Shown here: in pieces, positions 21,487-32,401 of the stretch
Numbering within the stretch: the stretch's first letter is position 1
Layout: every line of letters starts with the position of its first letter
Source of the DNA: Hydrurus foetidus
Lineage: Eukaryota
Reading direction: 5' to 3'
Length of the DNA: 64,000 bases
NCBI GenBank assembly: GCA_900617105.1
Contig: UYFQ01000852.1
Span: 186,001-250,000 of the forward strand
The notes under the pieces: generated by a model
Told to the model about the DNA's origin: nothing
Seen by the model: the letters and a program-made list of their open reading frames with translations, nothing else
The model's database searches: none
Made by a program: the position numbers and the translations under genes

Positions 21487-21543
21487 GGTTGCCGTTTGCC
21501 GCAGCGAGTACTTTGCGTATCGTTGCGCCGTCAGGATACGATC

Positions 21544-22270
21544 ATGCTCCAGTTGAAGGTTCTTACCCGCCGGCTGCACAGATCGGCAGCGCAACAATGC
21601 CTGTGACAGCCGCGGCGCTCGCCCCTCAGTGTCTGTGGCAGAATCGACGAAGCCCACATCGGCCGGCTCGACGCCCCCGCAGAACGCATCGTCGTTGAAG
21701 CCGGCGCGGCCCTGATCCGGAGGGCGATCCGGCCAATCACGTGTTCAATATCACCTCCGGTTCCGTCCGGCCTACAAGTTGTTTCAGGACGGGCGGCCAG
21801 ATCACCGGTTTCCTGTTCGCTGGCGACTCTCGGCCTCGCAACCGGTGAAACCTACGGGCTTGCGGGAGGCCATCGAGCCCGTGACAGCCTGCCGGTTTCG
21901 AACGTCGGACTTCCGGTGCTGGTCCGCGACGTCCCGGTCTGGAAGCCGTCCTGCTGGACCGGGCGAACCACGAACTGGCTGCGGCGCAGAACCAGATGCT
22001 GCTGCTGGGTCGCAAACGGCCCTGGAGCGGATCGCGACATTCCTTCTGGATCTGCCGTCGCTCGATCCGGCGGCGCGCAACCCGGGCAGGTGACGTGCGC
22101 CTGCCCATGACCCGGTCCGAGATCGCCGACTATCTGGGGCTGACCATCGAGACCGTCAGCCGCGTCTTCACCCGGCTGAAGACCAGCGGGGTGATCCGCC
22201 TTGTATCCTTGACCGAGGTCCGTATCGAGCGCCGGATCGGCTCCTGGCGCTGGCCGAAGGCGAAGCCTGA
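21544..22270 (+). CDS. Crp/Fnr family regulator, FnrN/FnrL-like
   Basis: N-terminal Cys cluster, DGRRQITGFLFAGD-like segment, VTACRF, HTH LPMTRSEIADYLGLTIETVSRVFTRL (ETVSR is the FNR-type recognition helix). Confidence 0.88.
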
Positions 22271-22281
22271 CCGGATCGGGA

Positions 22282-22295
22282 TTGCGCTGGATCAA
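22282..22295. promoter_or_regulatory. FNR/FixK box
   Basis: TTGCGCTGGATCAA fits TTG(A/C)-N6-TCAA; upstream of the PNPOx-like gene. Confidence 0.65.
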
Positions 22296-22371
22296 GGCCG
22301 ACGGACCCGTGGAGTGAGACCTTTGCGGAAGGATCGCGCCTGACAACCGCGGCGACATCCAGGAGCCCGCC

Positions 22372-22900
22372 ATGGCCGACACCAGACCCGAACGCAGCCC
22401 CGGCCCCGTTCCGATCCCCATGCCCGGCGGCGCGGTCGGGGCGGTCGTCGCCCTGCTGATTCCGCCGTTTGATGGCGATCGGCGTGAACCGGCCCGATGG
22501 CTGGCCGCAGGTCACGACCGTCGGATACGTCAACGAGGGGCTGAACCTGTATTTCGTGACGGCGCGAGACAGCCAGAAGCTGGCCAATCTCAAACGGATC
22601 CTCGCGTGTCGGTCGCCATCCATAGCCAGGCCGTCAACGCGATGCCGTCGGCGTTTCCATGGCCGCGCGCGCCGAGGTGACCGACCCGCGACGGTCGAAC
22701 GGCTGAACCAGCAGGTGTTCGCCCGCTATGCGGATCTGCGGATTTTCGGCCCCGGCGCGGATTCCGTCGCCGTCGTCCGCCTTCGCCCCGAGATCATTTC
22801 TCCCGTCGGCGGAAGGACGGGCGCAGCAAGGCGCAGTCGTTCTGCCTTCAGCCTCGGCCAGACGAAATGGGACATCCGGGGGTGCCCGAACCCGTCGGGG
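22372..22900 (+). CDS. Pyridoxamine 5'-phosphate oxidase family (FMN-binding split barrel) protein
   Basis: MAIGVNRPDGWPQVTTVGYVNEGLNLYFVTARDSQKLANL..DPRVSVAI; 3' end approximate. Confidence 0.8.
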
Positions 22901-22931
22901 CCCTGCATCACGCCCCGTATCCGAAGTCGTT

Positions 22932-22945
22932 CTGATCTGGATCAA
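22932..22945. promoter_or_regulatory. FNR/FixK box (one mismatch)
   Basis: CTGATCTGGATCAA upstream of USP-MBL-LOG. Confidence 0.6.
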
Positions 22946-23102
22946 GGCGCCTGTCGCCGACAGGCACTCTGTGCACAGGCTGCACCGGTCATTCGGGATC
23001 CCGCAGGGACTGGGTCATGTCCGACCAGAGCGCCAGACATCTCGTCGAAACCGCGGACCGAAGTCCAATCCCGGTGTCGATTTTCACCTGCGGAGCATTT
23101 CC

Positions 23103-23952
23103 ATGAGTTACCGCGCCATCACCGCCCCCACATTCGGCCACGCCGGCGATGCCCGAACGATCGCCTTCGCTGCCGATCTCGGCGTCAACCAGAAGGCCCA
23201 TGTCGAGGTCTTCCCCACCTTCCAGATCCGGCTCTGGATCTCATCAGCTACGGCATGCTGCTCGGCACGACCTCCCGGCCGAGACGGCCGAGGCCATTCT
23301 GGCCAGCCAGCAGGAGACCCTCAATCAGCTCGAGGTCCAGTGCCGCCGCACCCGCAACGACGCCGACCTGATCTTCGGGACGGCGGCGCGCCGCGAATGG
23401 TGCTGTCGCGGCCCGCCGGACGGCCGGAGACCGCGCTCAGCCATGCGCTCGCCCTGACCGACCTCGTCGTCATCAGTGACGAAAGCCTGAAGGCATCGCC
23501 CGCCGCGCGCGACGCCTTCGCCCAGGCCCCTGCAGCAACGCACGCCCGTCCTGCTCTGCCGGCGAGCCGACGGGTCTGGAGGGCGAAATCATGATCGCCT
23601 GGGACGGCAGCGCCGAGGCCGGTCGCGCCGTGCGTCAGGCCTTGCCACTGATCGCCATGGGATCCGGAGCGGTCGCGGTGCAATGCCGACGGGGTCTCGA
23701 CAAGGTCGCCGCCAATCCGTCCTTCGACCCGCTGGTCGCCTATCTCCATCTACATGGAGCCGGCGACGTCCGCTGCGAGGTCGTGCCGAAGAACCGGAGA
23801 CCGTGGGCCTGGTGCGGACTGCGAAGCGGTTGAAAACGGCCTGTTGATCTCTGGTGCCTACGGTCACGCCCGCCTGCGGCAGGCCCTGTTCGGTGGCACC
23901 ACGCGCGCCTGCTCGACGACGCGGACGGGCCGACCTCTTCCTCGCGCACTGA
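23103..23952 (+). CDS. Universal stress protein
   Basis: MSYRAIT, ALTDLVVI, MIAWDGSAEAGRAVRQALPL, LLISGAYGHARLRQALFGGTTR. Confidence 0.85.
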
Positions 23953-24024
23953 AAGGATGTCGTCCGGAAGGGTCCGCCGATCCGACGGTCCGACCCGCTG
24001 TTTCAACAGGAGGATCCCCGCATC

Positions 24025-25594
24025 ATGCTGACTCTGACCTTCCACGGCGCTGCCGGATGCGTGACCGGCTTCTGCGCACTGGTGGCCACCGATCAGGGTC
24101 GCTTCCTGATCGACTGCGGCATGTTCCAGGGGCCCAAGACCCTTCGCGCCCTGAACCACGAGCCTTTTCCCTTCGACGCCGCAACCATCGACGGTGTGCT
24201 GCTGACCCATGCTCACATCGACCACTCCGGACTTCTGCCCAAGCTGGTGCGCGCCGGTTTCGCGGAACGATCTTCGCAACCCGGGCGACGCGCGATCTGT
24301 GCGAGGTCATGTGGCCGATCCGCCGACATCCAGCAGGGCGACGTCGATCATCTGAACCGCCGCAACGAGCGTCGCGGCATTCCGAAGGTCCAGCCCATCT
24401 ATGGGCCTGAGGACGCCCCACGCTGGCGCTTTCAGACGGTCAAGTTCGGCGACCGGGTCGATGTGTGCGACCTGCGCGCGCGCTACTGGCCTGCAGGCCA
24501 TCTGCTGGGCGCGGCGTCGATCGAACTGGAGGTCGGCGACGGGGCCGAGACCGTGCGCCTGCTCTTCGGGTGACCTTGGATCGGGAGAGCAGCCGTATCT
24601 CGTTCGCCCGGATGGCCCCAGGGGTGTCGATCACGTCATTCTGGATCCACCTACGGGGACCGGCTGCGCGACGACATGGATCTGTCCCACCGTCGTGCGC
24701 TCCTGGCCGACGAGATGCGCAAGGCCCGGGCGGCGGAGGACCGCTGCTCATGCCGACCTTCGCCGTCGGCCGCGCCCAGGAGCTGATCCTGGACATGCTG
24801 GCGATCATGGAGAGCGAGCCGGATCTGACGACGGACATCTTCCTGGACTCCCCGCTGGCGATCGAGGCGACCGAGGTCTTTCTGCGCCGGGCTGGAACAG
24901 CGATGCGTCGGAAAACCCTATCTCGCGCTGCGCGACGCGCCCGGCTCCACACCCTGTTGCGCCCCCAGGACAGCGACGAGGCTGGAACGGCAAGGACTGG
25001 CACATCATCCTGGCCGGCAGCGGGATGTGCGACGCTGGCCGGATCCGCAGGCACCTGAAGCGGCTGCTGTGGCGCAAGGAGACCACTGTCCTGATCACCG
25101 GCTTCCAGGCCGCGGGGTCACTGGGGCGCACCCTGCTGGAACGCCCGTCCATGGTCCGGATCCAGGGTGAGGATGTGCGTGTCGGTGCCCGCATCCGCGA
25201 GCTGGACGTCTATTCCGGCCATGCCGATGCGGCGTCACTGGCCGACTGGCTGTCCGCACGCGAGCCCGTCCGGGAAACGTCTTCCTGGCCATGGCGAACC
25301 CGTCGGTCTGGAGGACTCAGACCCGACTGGTCGCGGCCGGACGCGCGGAGGGCGCAGTCGTATTCCGCAGCTCGACCAGGGCTTCCGCCTGACCGCATCG
25401 TCGGTCACCCCGCTGGAGGGACCTGATGCCCGGTTGCTCCCCGGCGCGGCGGCGCGGCCGGACTGGCACAATGCGCGGGCCCGTCTGCTCGAAGCCCTGA
25501 ACGAACGGCTGCAGGCCCTGCCGGTCGATGCCGACCGGGAAGCCCTGTTGGCGGAGCTCACCCGGGCGGTCGCGCCCTCATCGGCGGGCTGTGA
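24025..25594 (+). CDS. MBL-fold metallo-hydrolase, beta-CASP (YSH1/CPSF73-like) nuclease
   Basis: FHGAAGCVTG, DCGMFQG, LTHAHIDHSG, AGHLLGAAS, PTFAVGRAQEL, GSGMCDAGRIRRHL, GFQAAGSLGR, YSGHADA. Confidence 0.9.
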
Positions 25595-26367
25595 GCGCCG
25601 CCCCGTCGAACGCGGCGCAGCTCGCCTCACCGTCCTACCGCCTCGCGGCCCTCGACCAGGACTTCCTGCTCGGCGACGCCATGCGTGGCGTGCGCTTCCA
25701 GCTGGAGTTCGAGAAGGCGGACACGCGCTGCGCCTGGGGCGCGATCGACGATCGTGGTCTTCGGCAGCGCCCGCATCCGGGACGATGGTCCGGGTTCGCA
25801 TTCCCGCTGGTACGAGGAGGCGCGGCGCTTTGGCACCCTCGCCCGCTTCCAGGGCGCGGAGCCGTGCAGGAGGGCGGCGGCGTTCGCGACAACGTCATCG
25901 CCACGGGCGGCGGGCCCGGCATCATGGCGGCTGCAGAACCGGGGCGCGGCCGAGGCGGTCGCGCCGTCGATCGGATTCAACATCACCCTGCCCGGCGAGC
26001 AGGAGCCCAATCCGTGGACGACGCCTGGGCTGACCTTCCGCTTCCACTATTTCGCGATGCGCAAGATGCATCTGGCCATGCGGGCCAATGCTCTCGTGGT
26101 CTTCCCGGGCGGCTTCGGGACGCTGGATGAGCTGTTCGAAATCCTGACCCTTCGCCAGACGGGCAAGGCGCCGCCGATCCCGGTCGTACTGATCGATCAG
26201 GCCACTGGCGTGCCGCGATCGGCTTCGAGACGCCGTGGCGGAAGGCTTCGTGGCCCGCGCAGATCTCGACCTGTTCGCTTTCGCAGAGACCGCGGTGGAA
26301 GCCTGGGATGCGCTTCTGGCGGAGGCCTCGAACCGGGACGTCCTCTGGGGCAAAGCCGGCGATCTAG
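25591..26367 (+). CDS. LOG family (TIGR00730-like) nucleotide phosphoribohydrolase
   Basis: VVFGSAR, ATGGGPGIM, IGFNITLPGEQEPN, FHYFAMRKMH, FPGGFGTLDELFEILTLRQT; GTG overlaps the upstream stop. Confidence 0.9.
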
Positions 26368-26485
26368 CCGATGGCGTCGCCGTCGGCGCTTGCCGGCCGC
26401 TTCGAGCGTCCGCCGGTGGGGACATGGACGCACCGACACGACAGGCCCGGCACAGGCCGGGCCTCGTCGAGGAGTCCGGCTGGCG

Positions 26486-27432
26486 CTACCGCGCGTCACC
26501 GCGACCCCGCGCTGTTCCAGGATGGCTCGACGCTGTCGTCGCCCGCAGGTGCGCGCTGCCGACGGCGATGAAGACGGTGCCCGAACCCTCGAGCAGGGTC
26601 TGGATCTGGCCGGCCCAGTCGGCGTTCCGGCGCACCAGCAGGGCCTGATAGATTTCTCCGACTGGTCGCGCATCTCCGTCACCCCAGCTGCTCGATCGAG
26701 GCGACGTCCCCGGTCGCCCAGGCCCCGACGAGGGCATCAAGCTCGGCCGTCGCGTTCTCGACCTCCTCCAGCGTCGCCTGCCAGTTGCGTCTCCTCGGAC
26801 AGGCCGGCCAGATCGAAACCTGTTTGTCGATGGTCTCGAAGCCGGACACGGGCTTGCCTGCCGCCTCGGCCCGCGCCTTCAGGATCAGCTCGACGCCGGA
26901 CTGCGGGTCGTAACCGGCCTCACCAGCGGCGCGATCGACAGAGACAGACCGACCAGCCAGGGACGAAGGGGATCGAGCTGGGCCGCCGTGGCTGATGGTC
27001 CGGGCGGCCGTGTCCAGCCGGGCGAGCTCGGCCGGGGTCAGCAGACTGGACAAGGGCCGGTCGGGCGAGATGCCGTATTGCTGGGATCAGCGGCTGGATG
27101 GCCGCCTGGTCGTCGGGGTTGGAGATTTCAAGGATGACCCGGTCGGCGCTGTCGAAAGCGGCATCGACCCTGGCCGTGCCCCAGGCTGTCTCGGGGCGCA
27201 GGACGTGGACCGTACCGAACAGATACAGGGTGGAGTCCGCGTCGCGGATGACCACAGGCCGGGCCCTGGCCCTGGCCTGGGCGACGGTGCGCGGGGCGGC
27301 GGGTGCCGGGGCCTGCGCGAAGGCGTGTCCGGGTGCGCCCAGCAGGCTGACGGTCAGGCCGACGCCCAGGCCGTGCCGGTGGCCAGACGGGCGATCCGGC
27401 CGATGGAGGTCTTGATGAGAGGCGAGCGTCAT
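26486..27432 (-). CDS. TraB/GumN family protein
   Basis: RDADSTLYLFGTVHVL, GFETIDKQ, AWATGD, LLVRRNADW, VFIAVGSAHL. Confidence 0.88.
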
Positions 27433-27490
27433 GGTCCGATCCTTTCGATCAGCGTGAAACAGAGTGAGACGGTGGAAAGGTCGTCGAGCG

Positions 27491-28077
27491 TCAGTGGATG
27501 CCGCGCCGGGCGGCGGCGATGATGGACGCCACCAGATAGACGGCCATCAGGATGCCGGTCAGACCCCAGCCGCTGATGGTGTCGACCAGACCCAGTCGCT
27601 CGGCGGCGGCGTAGAGGAACAGGGCGGTCTGCAGTGCCCAGAACGCCATGGCGCTGGTCTCGGCCATGACCTGACGCAGCATCTCGTCGGCGGCGCGCCA
27701 CAGCATCAGATTGGCGACGCTCTGGATGACCAGGAGCACCACAATACCGCCGAAGACGACATCGGCATTGAACCAGGCGGGCCGTAGATGGGCGCCAGGA
27801 ACATCACACCGGCCAGAAGAAAGACGGTGATCTGCAGGATGCCGCAGCCCCTCGGGATCGACGACGGGCGCAAGGCGAGCGTCACGGCGCTGAGGATGGC
27901 GATGGCGAGCAGCGCGACGGCCATGGCCAGCGCGAGGCTGTCGGCCCAGGACGCCTTTGCTCGACCTCCATGATGCTGGCGAGGCCGAACCTGTCAGGCC
28001 CCGATGCCGGCCAGGGCGAGGCTGCCGGAGAATCTTGACGACAAGGGGTTGGGTGGCGGGTTCAGAACGGGACATCA
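27491..28077 (-). CDS. Hypothetical membrane protein
   Basis: Multiple TM segments, LWRAADEM, ALFLYAAAERLG; start uncertain. Confidence 0.55.
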
Positions 28078-28280
28078 TGCCGAGGCTCCTGCGTCCGAAA
28101 GATGGATTCGATGGGTTGTTCTGAAAACCCGGGCGATCTTGAAGGCGAGCGGAAGGGAGGGGTCGCAGCGACCGGTCTCCAGCGCGCATTGACGGTCTGA
28201 CGCGAGACACCGAGGGCCGCGGCCAGATCGGCCTGGCTCCAGTTCCGCTCCGCGCGCAGCACCTTGAGACGATTGTTCAT
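28062..28280 (-). CDS. XRE family HTH regulator
   Basis: MNNRLKVLRAERNWSQADLAAALGVSRQTVNA. Confidence 0.88.
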   Translation of the reverse strand: MNNRLKVLRAERNWSQADLAAALGVSRQTVNARWRPVAATPPFRSPSRSPGFSEQPIESIFRTQEPRHDVPF

Positions 28281-28727
28281 CCGCTCACCGCCGTTTCAGC
28301 CACCAGACGGCCCAGGCGATGGAGTAACCCAGGCCTGAACCCCGGACCGTTCCTGAGGGCCGTGAGATAGATGAGGTCCCGGGTCGGAAGAGCGATGACG
28401 AGATCGCGGTCTGCGGAGGCGATGAACACGGTGAGCAGGGCGATGCTGCCGAGCGCCAGGCCGCCTGTGCTGCCCACCACCAGGCCCATTTATGCGAGCC
28501 TCCCTGTGGCTTCATCGAGGGTCGACCACCAGCGCACGCAGGCCCAGATTCCGACCGCCATGCCGACAGAGATGGCCACCACGGTGACCGCAGGTGACCG
28601 GGCTGGTCGAGCCCAGCACGGCGGCCAGCCCGCCGCTGAGGCCCCGGCGAGGCCACCCCGCAGGCACACACCCAGCACCGCCCGTATCGCCTCAGGGATG
28701 TTCCGACACCCGCATCTCCAACGACAT
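28277..28727 (-). CDS. Hypothetical membrane protein
   Basis: WWSTLDEA...HKWAWWW, GYSIAWAVWWLKRR; stop overlaps the XRE start. Confidence 0.6.
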
Positions 28728-28746
28728 GACAATCAACCCCGTCTTT

Positions 28747-28784
28747 TTGACAGGGTGTTTTACACCACCATTCGGTGCTGTCAA
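28747..28784 (-). promoter_or_regulatory. Promoter/operator of the XRE operon
   Basis: TTGACAG...CTGTCAA inverted repeat; gives a TTGACA -35 on the minus strand. Confidence 0.45.
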
Positions 28785-28815
28785 GCGACCTTGCAGCAAA
28801 CCGGCGGCGCGTCAA

Positions 28816-30026
28816 TCAGGACTGGCTGGACGTATTGTGGACGAGTTCGGGCCGGGTCACCGGACGGGCGACTGATCGATTGCGGTCAGACCGGGCAGGT
28901 CCTTGCCCTCGTGATCGACCTGCAGGTCCTCGAACCGTTTGGCGGACACCATGACCTGGCTCTCCAGCGAACCGACGAACTGGTTGTGCTTGCCGACGGC
29001 CTGTTCCAGCGCCCGGCCGACGCCGAAGACGTGGCCGCCCATGACCGACAGGCGCTTGTAGAGTTCCTTGCCCAGCTTCGCGACCTCCTCGGCGTTCTTC
29101 GACTGCTCTCGGCCCGCCAGCCATAGGCGACGGCCTTGCACAGGCGAACAGGTCGAGGGCGTCACGATGATGACCCGCCGGGCCATCGCGTCGGTCATCA
29201 GTTCGCTCGGTCCAGCGCGGCCGACAGGAAGGCGTCGGACGGCACGAACAGGGCGACGAAATCGGGGCTCGGCTTGAACTGGTCCTGGTAGGCCTTGGCC
29301 GCGAGATCACGGACATGGCTCTTGATGCTGGCGGCATTGCGCGCCGACATGGCGGCGTCTCGCGCCTCGTCGTCCGGCTCGGCCGCATCGGGAAACGCCA
29401 GGGGAACCTTGGCGTCAATGACGAACAGACCGCCGCCGGGCAATCGCACAAGGAAGTCCGGCCGCATCTGGCGCTCTTCGTCATTGGCGCTGGACGACTG
29501 TTCGTCGAAGTCGAACCGGCCCCGCCATGCCGGCGGCCTCCAGCACGTTGCGGCAGGTCTGCTCGCCCCAACGCCCCCGTCGACCCGTGTTGCCGCGCAG
29601 GACCTCGGTCAGGCGCGCGCCTCGTCGCGCGTGGCGGACGAGGCGATCATCAGGGCCGACAACTGCTTCCTCAGCGTGCCGGTCTCCTCGGCGCGGGCCT
29701 TTTCGAGCGCGGCGACCTGGGTCTCATTGGCCAGGGTCTCGGCCACCGGCTTCAGCTGCGTCCATCCGTTCGCGGGCGACGCGGTCCTGGGCCTGAAACG
29801 TTTCGGTGGCGCGGGTCACCATCTGGTCGGCCACAGCCTGCGCCGACTGAGCGGCCTGCGCCTTCAGGAACTCGCCCATGGTGACGCGGCTGTCCTCGAT
29901 CAGGGCGATCTTGTCCCGGGCGGCGATCACGGCTCCTTTCGCCGCCTGCCAGCCGAGCCAGGACCACAGAAATCCGGCAGCGAGGAGGACGGAAATGGCG
30001 AGAAGCACCAGCGCGAGCGTGTTCAT
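28816..30026 (-). CDS. rmuC: DNA recombination protein RmuC
   Basis: N-terminal TM, coiled coil, RPDFLVRLPGG..FVIDAKVPL, PDFVALFVPSD, FVGSLESQV. Confidence 0.88.
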
Positions 30027-30080
30027 GCTCCGTTCCTAGCCGGATCGCGGCGGCGTCAAAGCCGCCGCGACCTGACCGGA

Positions 30081-32224
30081 TCAGCTGACGGGGAAACCCC
30101 GGACCGAGCAGCGCCGTCACGTCGACGTCGCGACCCTGAACTGTCGGTAGGCGTCCGCGCGGTCGGTGGTGTTGCCCGGCGCCAGGATGATCGACCCAAG
30201 CGGCCGCCGATCTCCGGATTGAAGACGTCGCCCGACCTCGAAATAGGCCCAGGTGTCGGCGTCCATCGTCTCGGACCACAGGTAGCTGTAGTAGCCGGCC
30301 GAATAGGCGTCGGACGTAGAGGTGATTGAACTGCGGCAGGCGGTGCCGCATCACGATCTCCCCTGGGCATGCCGATCCGGGCCAGCGAGGCCTTTCGAAG
30401 GCGTCGATGTCGGTGGGCGGCGTGGCCTGGGTGTGCAGGTCCATGTCGACGATGGCCGAGGACAGATAGCTGACCGTCGCATAGCCCTGGCTGAAGGTGG
30501 CCGCCGCCTGATCTTGTCGACCAGGGCCTGAGGCATGGCCTCGCCGGTCTGATAATGCTTGAGATAGCCGTCCAGAATGGGGCGGCTGAGCACCAGTGCT
30601 CGTGAACCTGCGACGGATATTCGACGAAGTCGCGCGGGGTGTTGCCGTAGGACGGATAGGTCACCACCGAGCTCAGATAGTGCAGGGCGTGGCCGAATTC
30701 GTGGAACATGGTCTCGGCGTCGTCCAGCGACAGCAGGACCGGCTGGCCGGGTTCGGGCCTGGTGAAGTTGTTGTTGTTCGAGGCCAGGATGACCTTGGAT
30801 CCGTCCAGCTGCGAGAACGACCGGTAGGTTGTCATCCAGGCGCCGGACCGCTTGCCCGCCGGGCATAATCGTCGGTGTAGTAGATGCCGATCAGGCGCCG
30901 TCGCCTTGTCGTGAACCTCGTAGGTGACGACGTCCGGCTCGAAGATCGGCACCGGCCCCTTGGGCAGTTTGGTGAAGGTGAAGCCGTACAGGCGCTCGGC
31001 CATAGAAGGACCCGGCGCGGACCGCATTCAGTTCGAAATAGGGTTTCAGCTCGTTCTGATCGAGGTCGTATTTGGCCTTCCGGACCTTCTCGGCGAAATA
31101 CAGATAGTCCCAGGGCTCGATGTCGAAGCCGGCGATGGCGCGCATGTCGGCGACCTCCTCGGCCACACGCGCCTTGGCCGGGGCCCAGACGCGGTCCATC
31201 AGCCGTTGCGCGGCGGCCGGGGTCTTGGCCATCGTGTCCTGCATCCGCCATTCGGCGTGGTTGCGGTACCCCAGTAATCTGGCGCGCTGGTCGCGCAGGT
31301 GGACGATCTCGGCGATGGTCGCATTGGTGTCGTTGGCGTCGCCGTTGTCACCGCGATTGACGAACTTCTTCCAGACCTGCTCGCGCATGGCCCGGTCGTC
31401 GGCGAAGGTCAGGAACGGGTCCACGCTGGACCGCGTGTTCATGATGATCCAGCCCTCGATGTTCCTCGTTCGGGCGGCCGAGGCGGCAGCGGCCTTGTTG
31501 GACCCGGCAAACCCGCGACGCCGGCGGCGGTCGGCACGACGGTCCAGGCGTTCTCGTCGGCCACGACCTTCTGTCCGAAGCGTGTGAAGGCGCTGGTCAG
31601 GGCGGTGTTGATCCGGCCCAGCTCGGCCTTGCCCGCCGCATCCAGATTGGCACCGGAGCGCACGAAGGCGTCGCGGCGACGTTCGGCCAGCCGCTTCTGC
31701 TGCGCGCTCAGCCCTCGGGATTGTCGGCGACGGCCTTGATGCGCTGGAAGAGGGGTTCGTTGAAGGTGATCTCGTCCCCGGCCACCGAAAGCAGCGGCGA
31801 CAGTTCGGTGTCGACGGCATCCCAGGCCTCGCCGCCGATGTTGGACGTCATTACGCCATAGAGATTGGTGGCCTGATCCAGTGGTCCACCCGCCAGTTCC
31901 AGCGGCACGATGACGTTGTAGAAGCCCGCCGGATCGGCGTTGTTCGCGATGGCGTCGATGTCGGCGCGCTGCAGCTCGATCCCCTCGATCACGGCCTCGC
32001 GCAGTTTGGCTGGAGTGACCTTGTCCCACGGCGGCGTGCCGTCATAGCACCGGTCCACGGCTGAAGCAGTTCGGCACGCGGCGTCTGGGCCGGCAGGATC
32101 GCCCGCAATGTCGGCTTCCTGCGCGGGGTCATGGCACTGGCCTGACCCATGCCGGACCCTGTGGTGGCGCATCCGGTGAGGCCATCAGGCTTGCGCCTCC
32201 GATAAGGACCTGGCGTCTGTGCAT
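30081..32224 (-). CDS. M3 family metallopeptidase (peptidyl-dipeptidase Dcp-like)
   Basis: GKRSGAWM, TMFHEFGHALH, RDFVEYPSQVHEHW, RHRLPQFNHL. Confidence 0.92.
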
Positions 32225-32341
32225 GGGGATTTCCTGTTCATCGTTTCCGGCTTCGAGCGCAGTCTAGGCCTCGGCAACCTGACCGTCACCTGAACAGGCT
32301 CTAATCCCGTTGGACGACAAGGCAAGCGTTCATGCCAGGGG

Positions 32342-32383
32342 CCTGACCCGAGCGGAAAACCGCTTACACTTTTCCGGGTCAGG
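32342..32383. repeat. RIME/CIR-like palindromic arm
   Basis: CCTGACCC...GGAAAACCGCTTACACTTTTCC GGGTCAGG nested inverted repeat. Confidence 0.55.
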
Positions 32384-32401
32384 GCTTAAAACGCCGCACC
32401 C

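Noticed and set aside
24025..26367. Anti-phage SLOG/Thoeris-type defence system
   Set aside because: The LOG protein is the classic stand-alone type with no TIR, SIR2 or effector partner, and the context is an FNR-boxed stress cluster.
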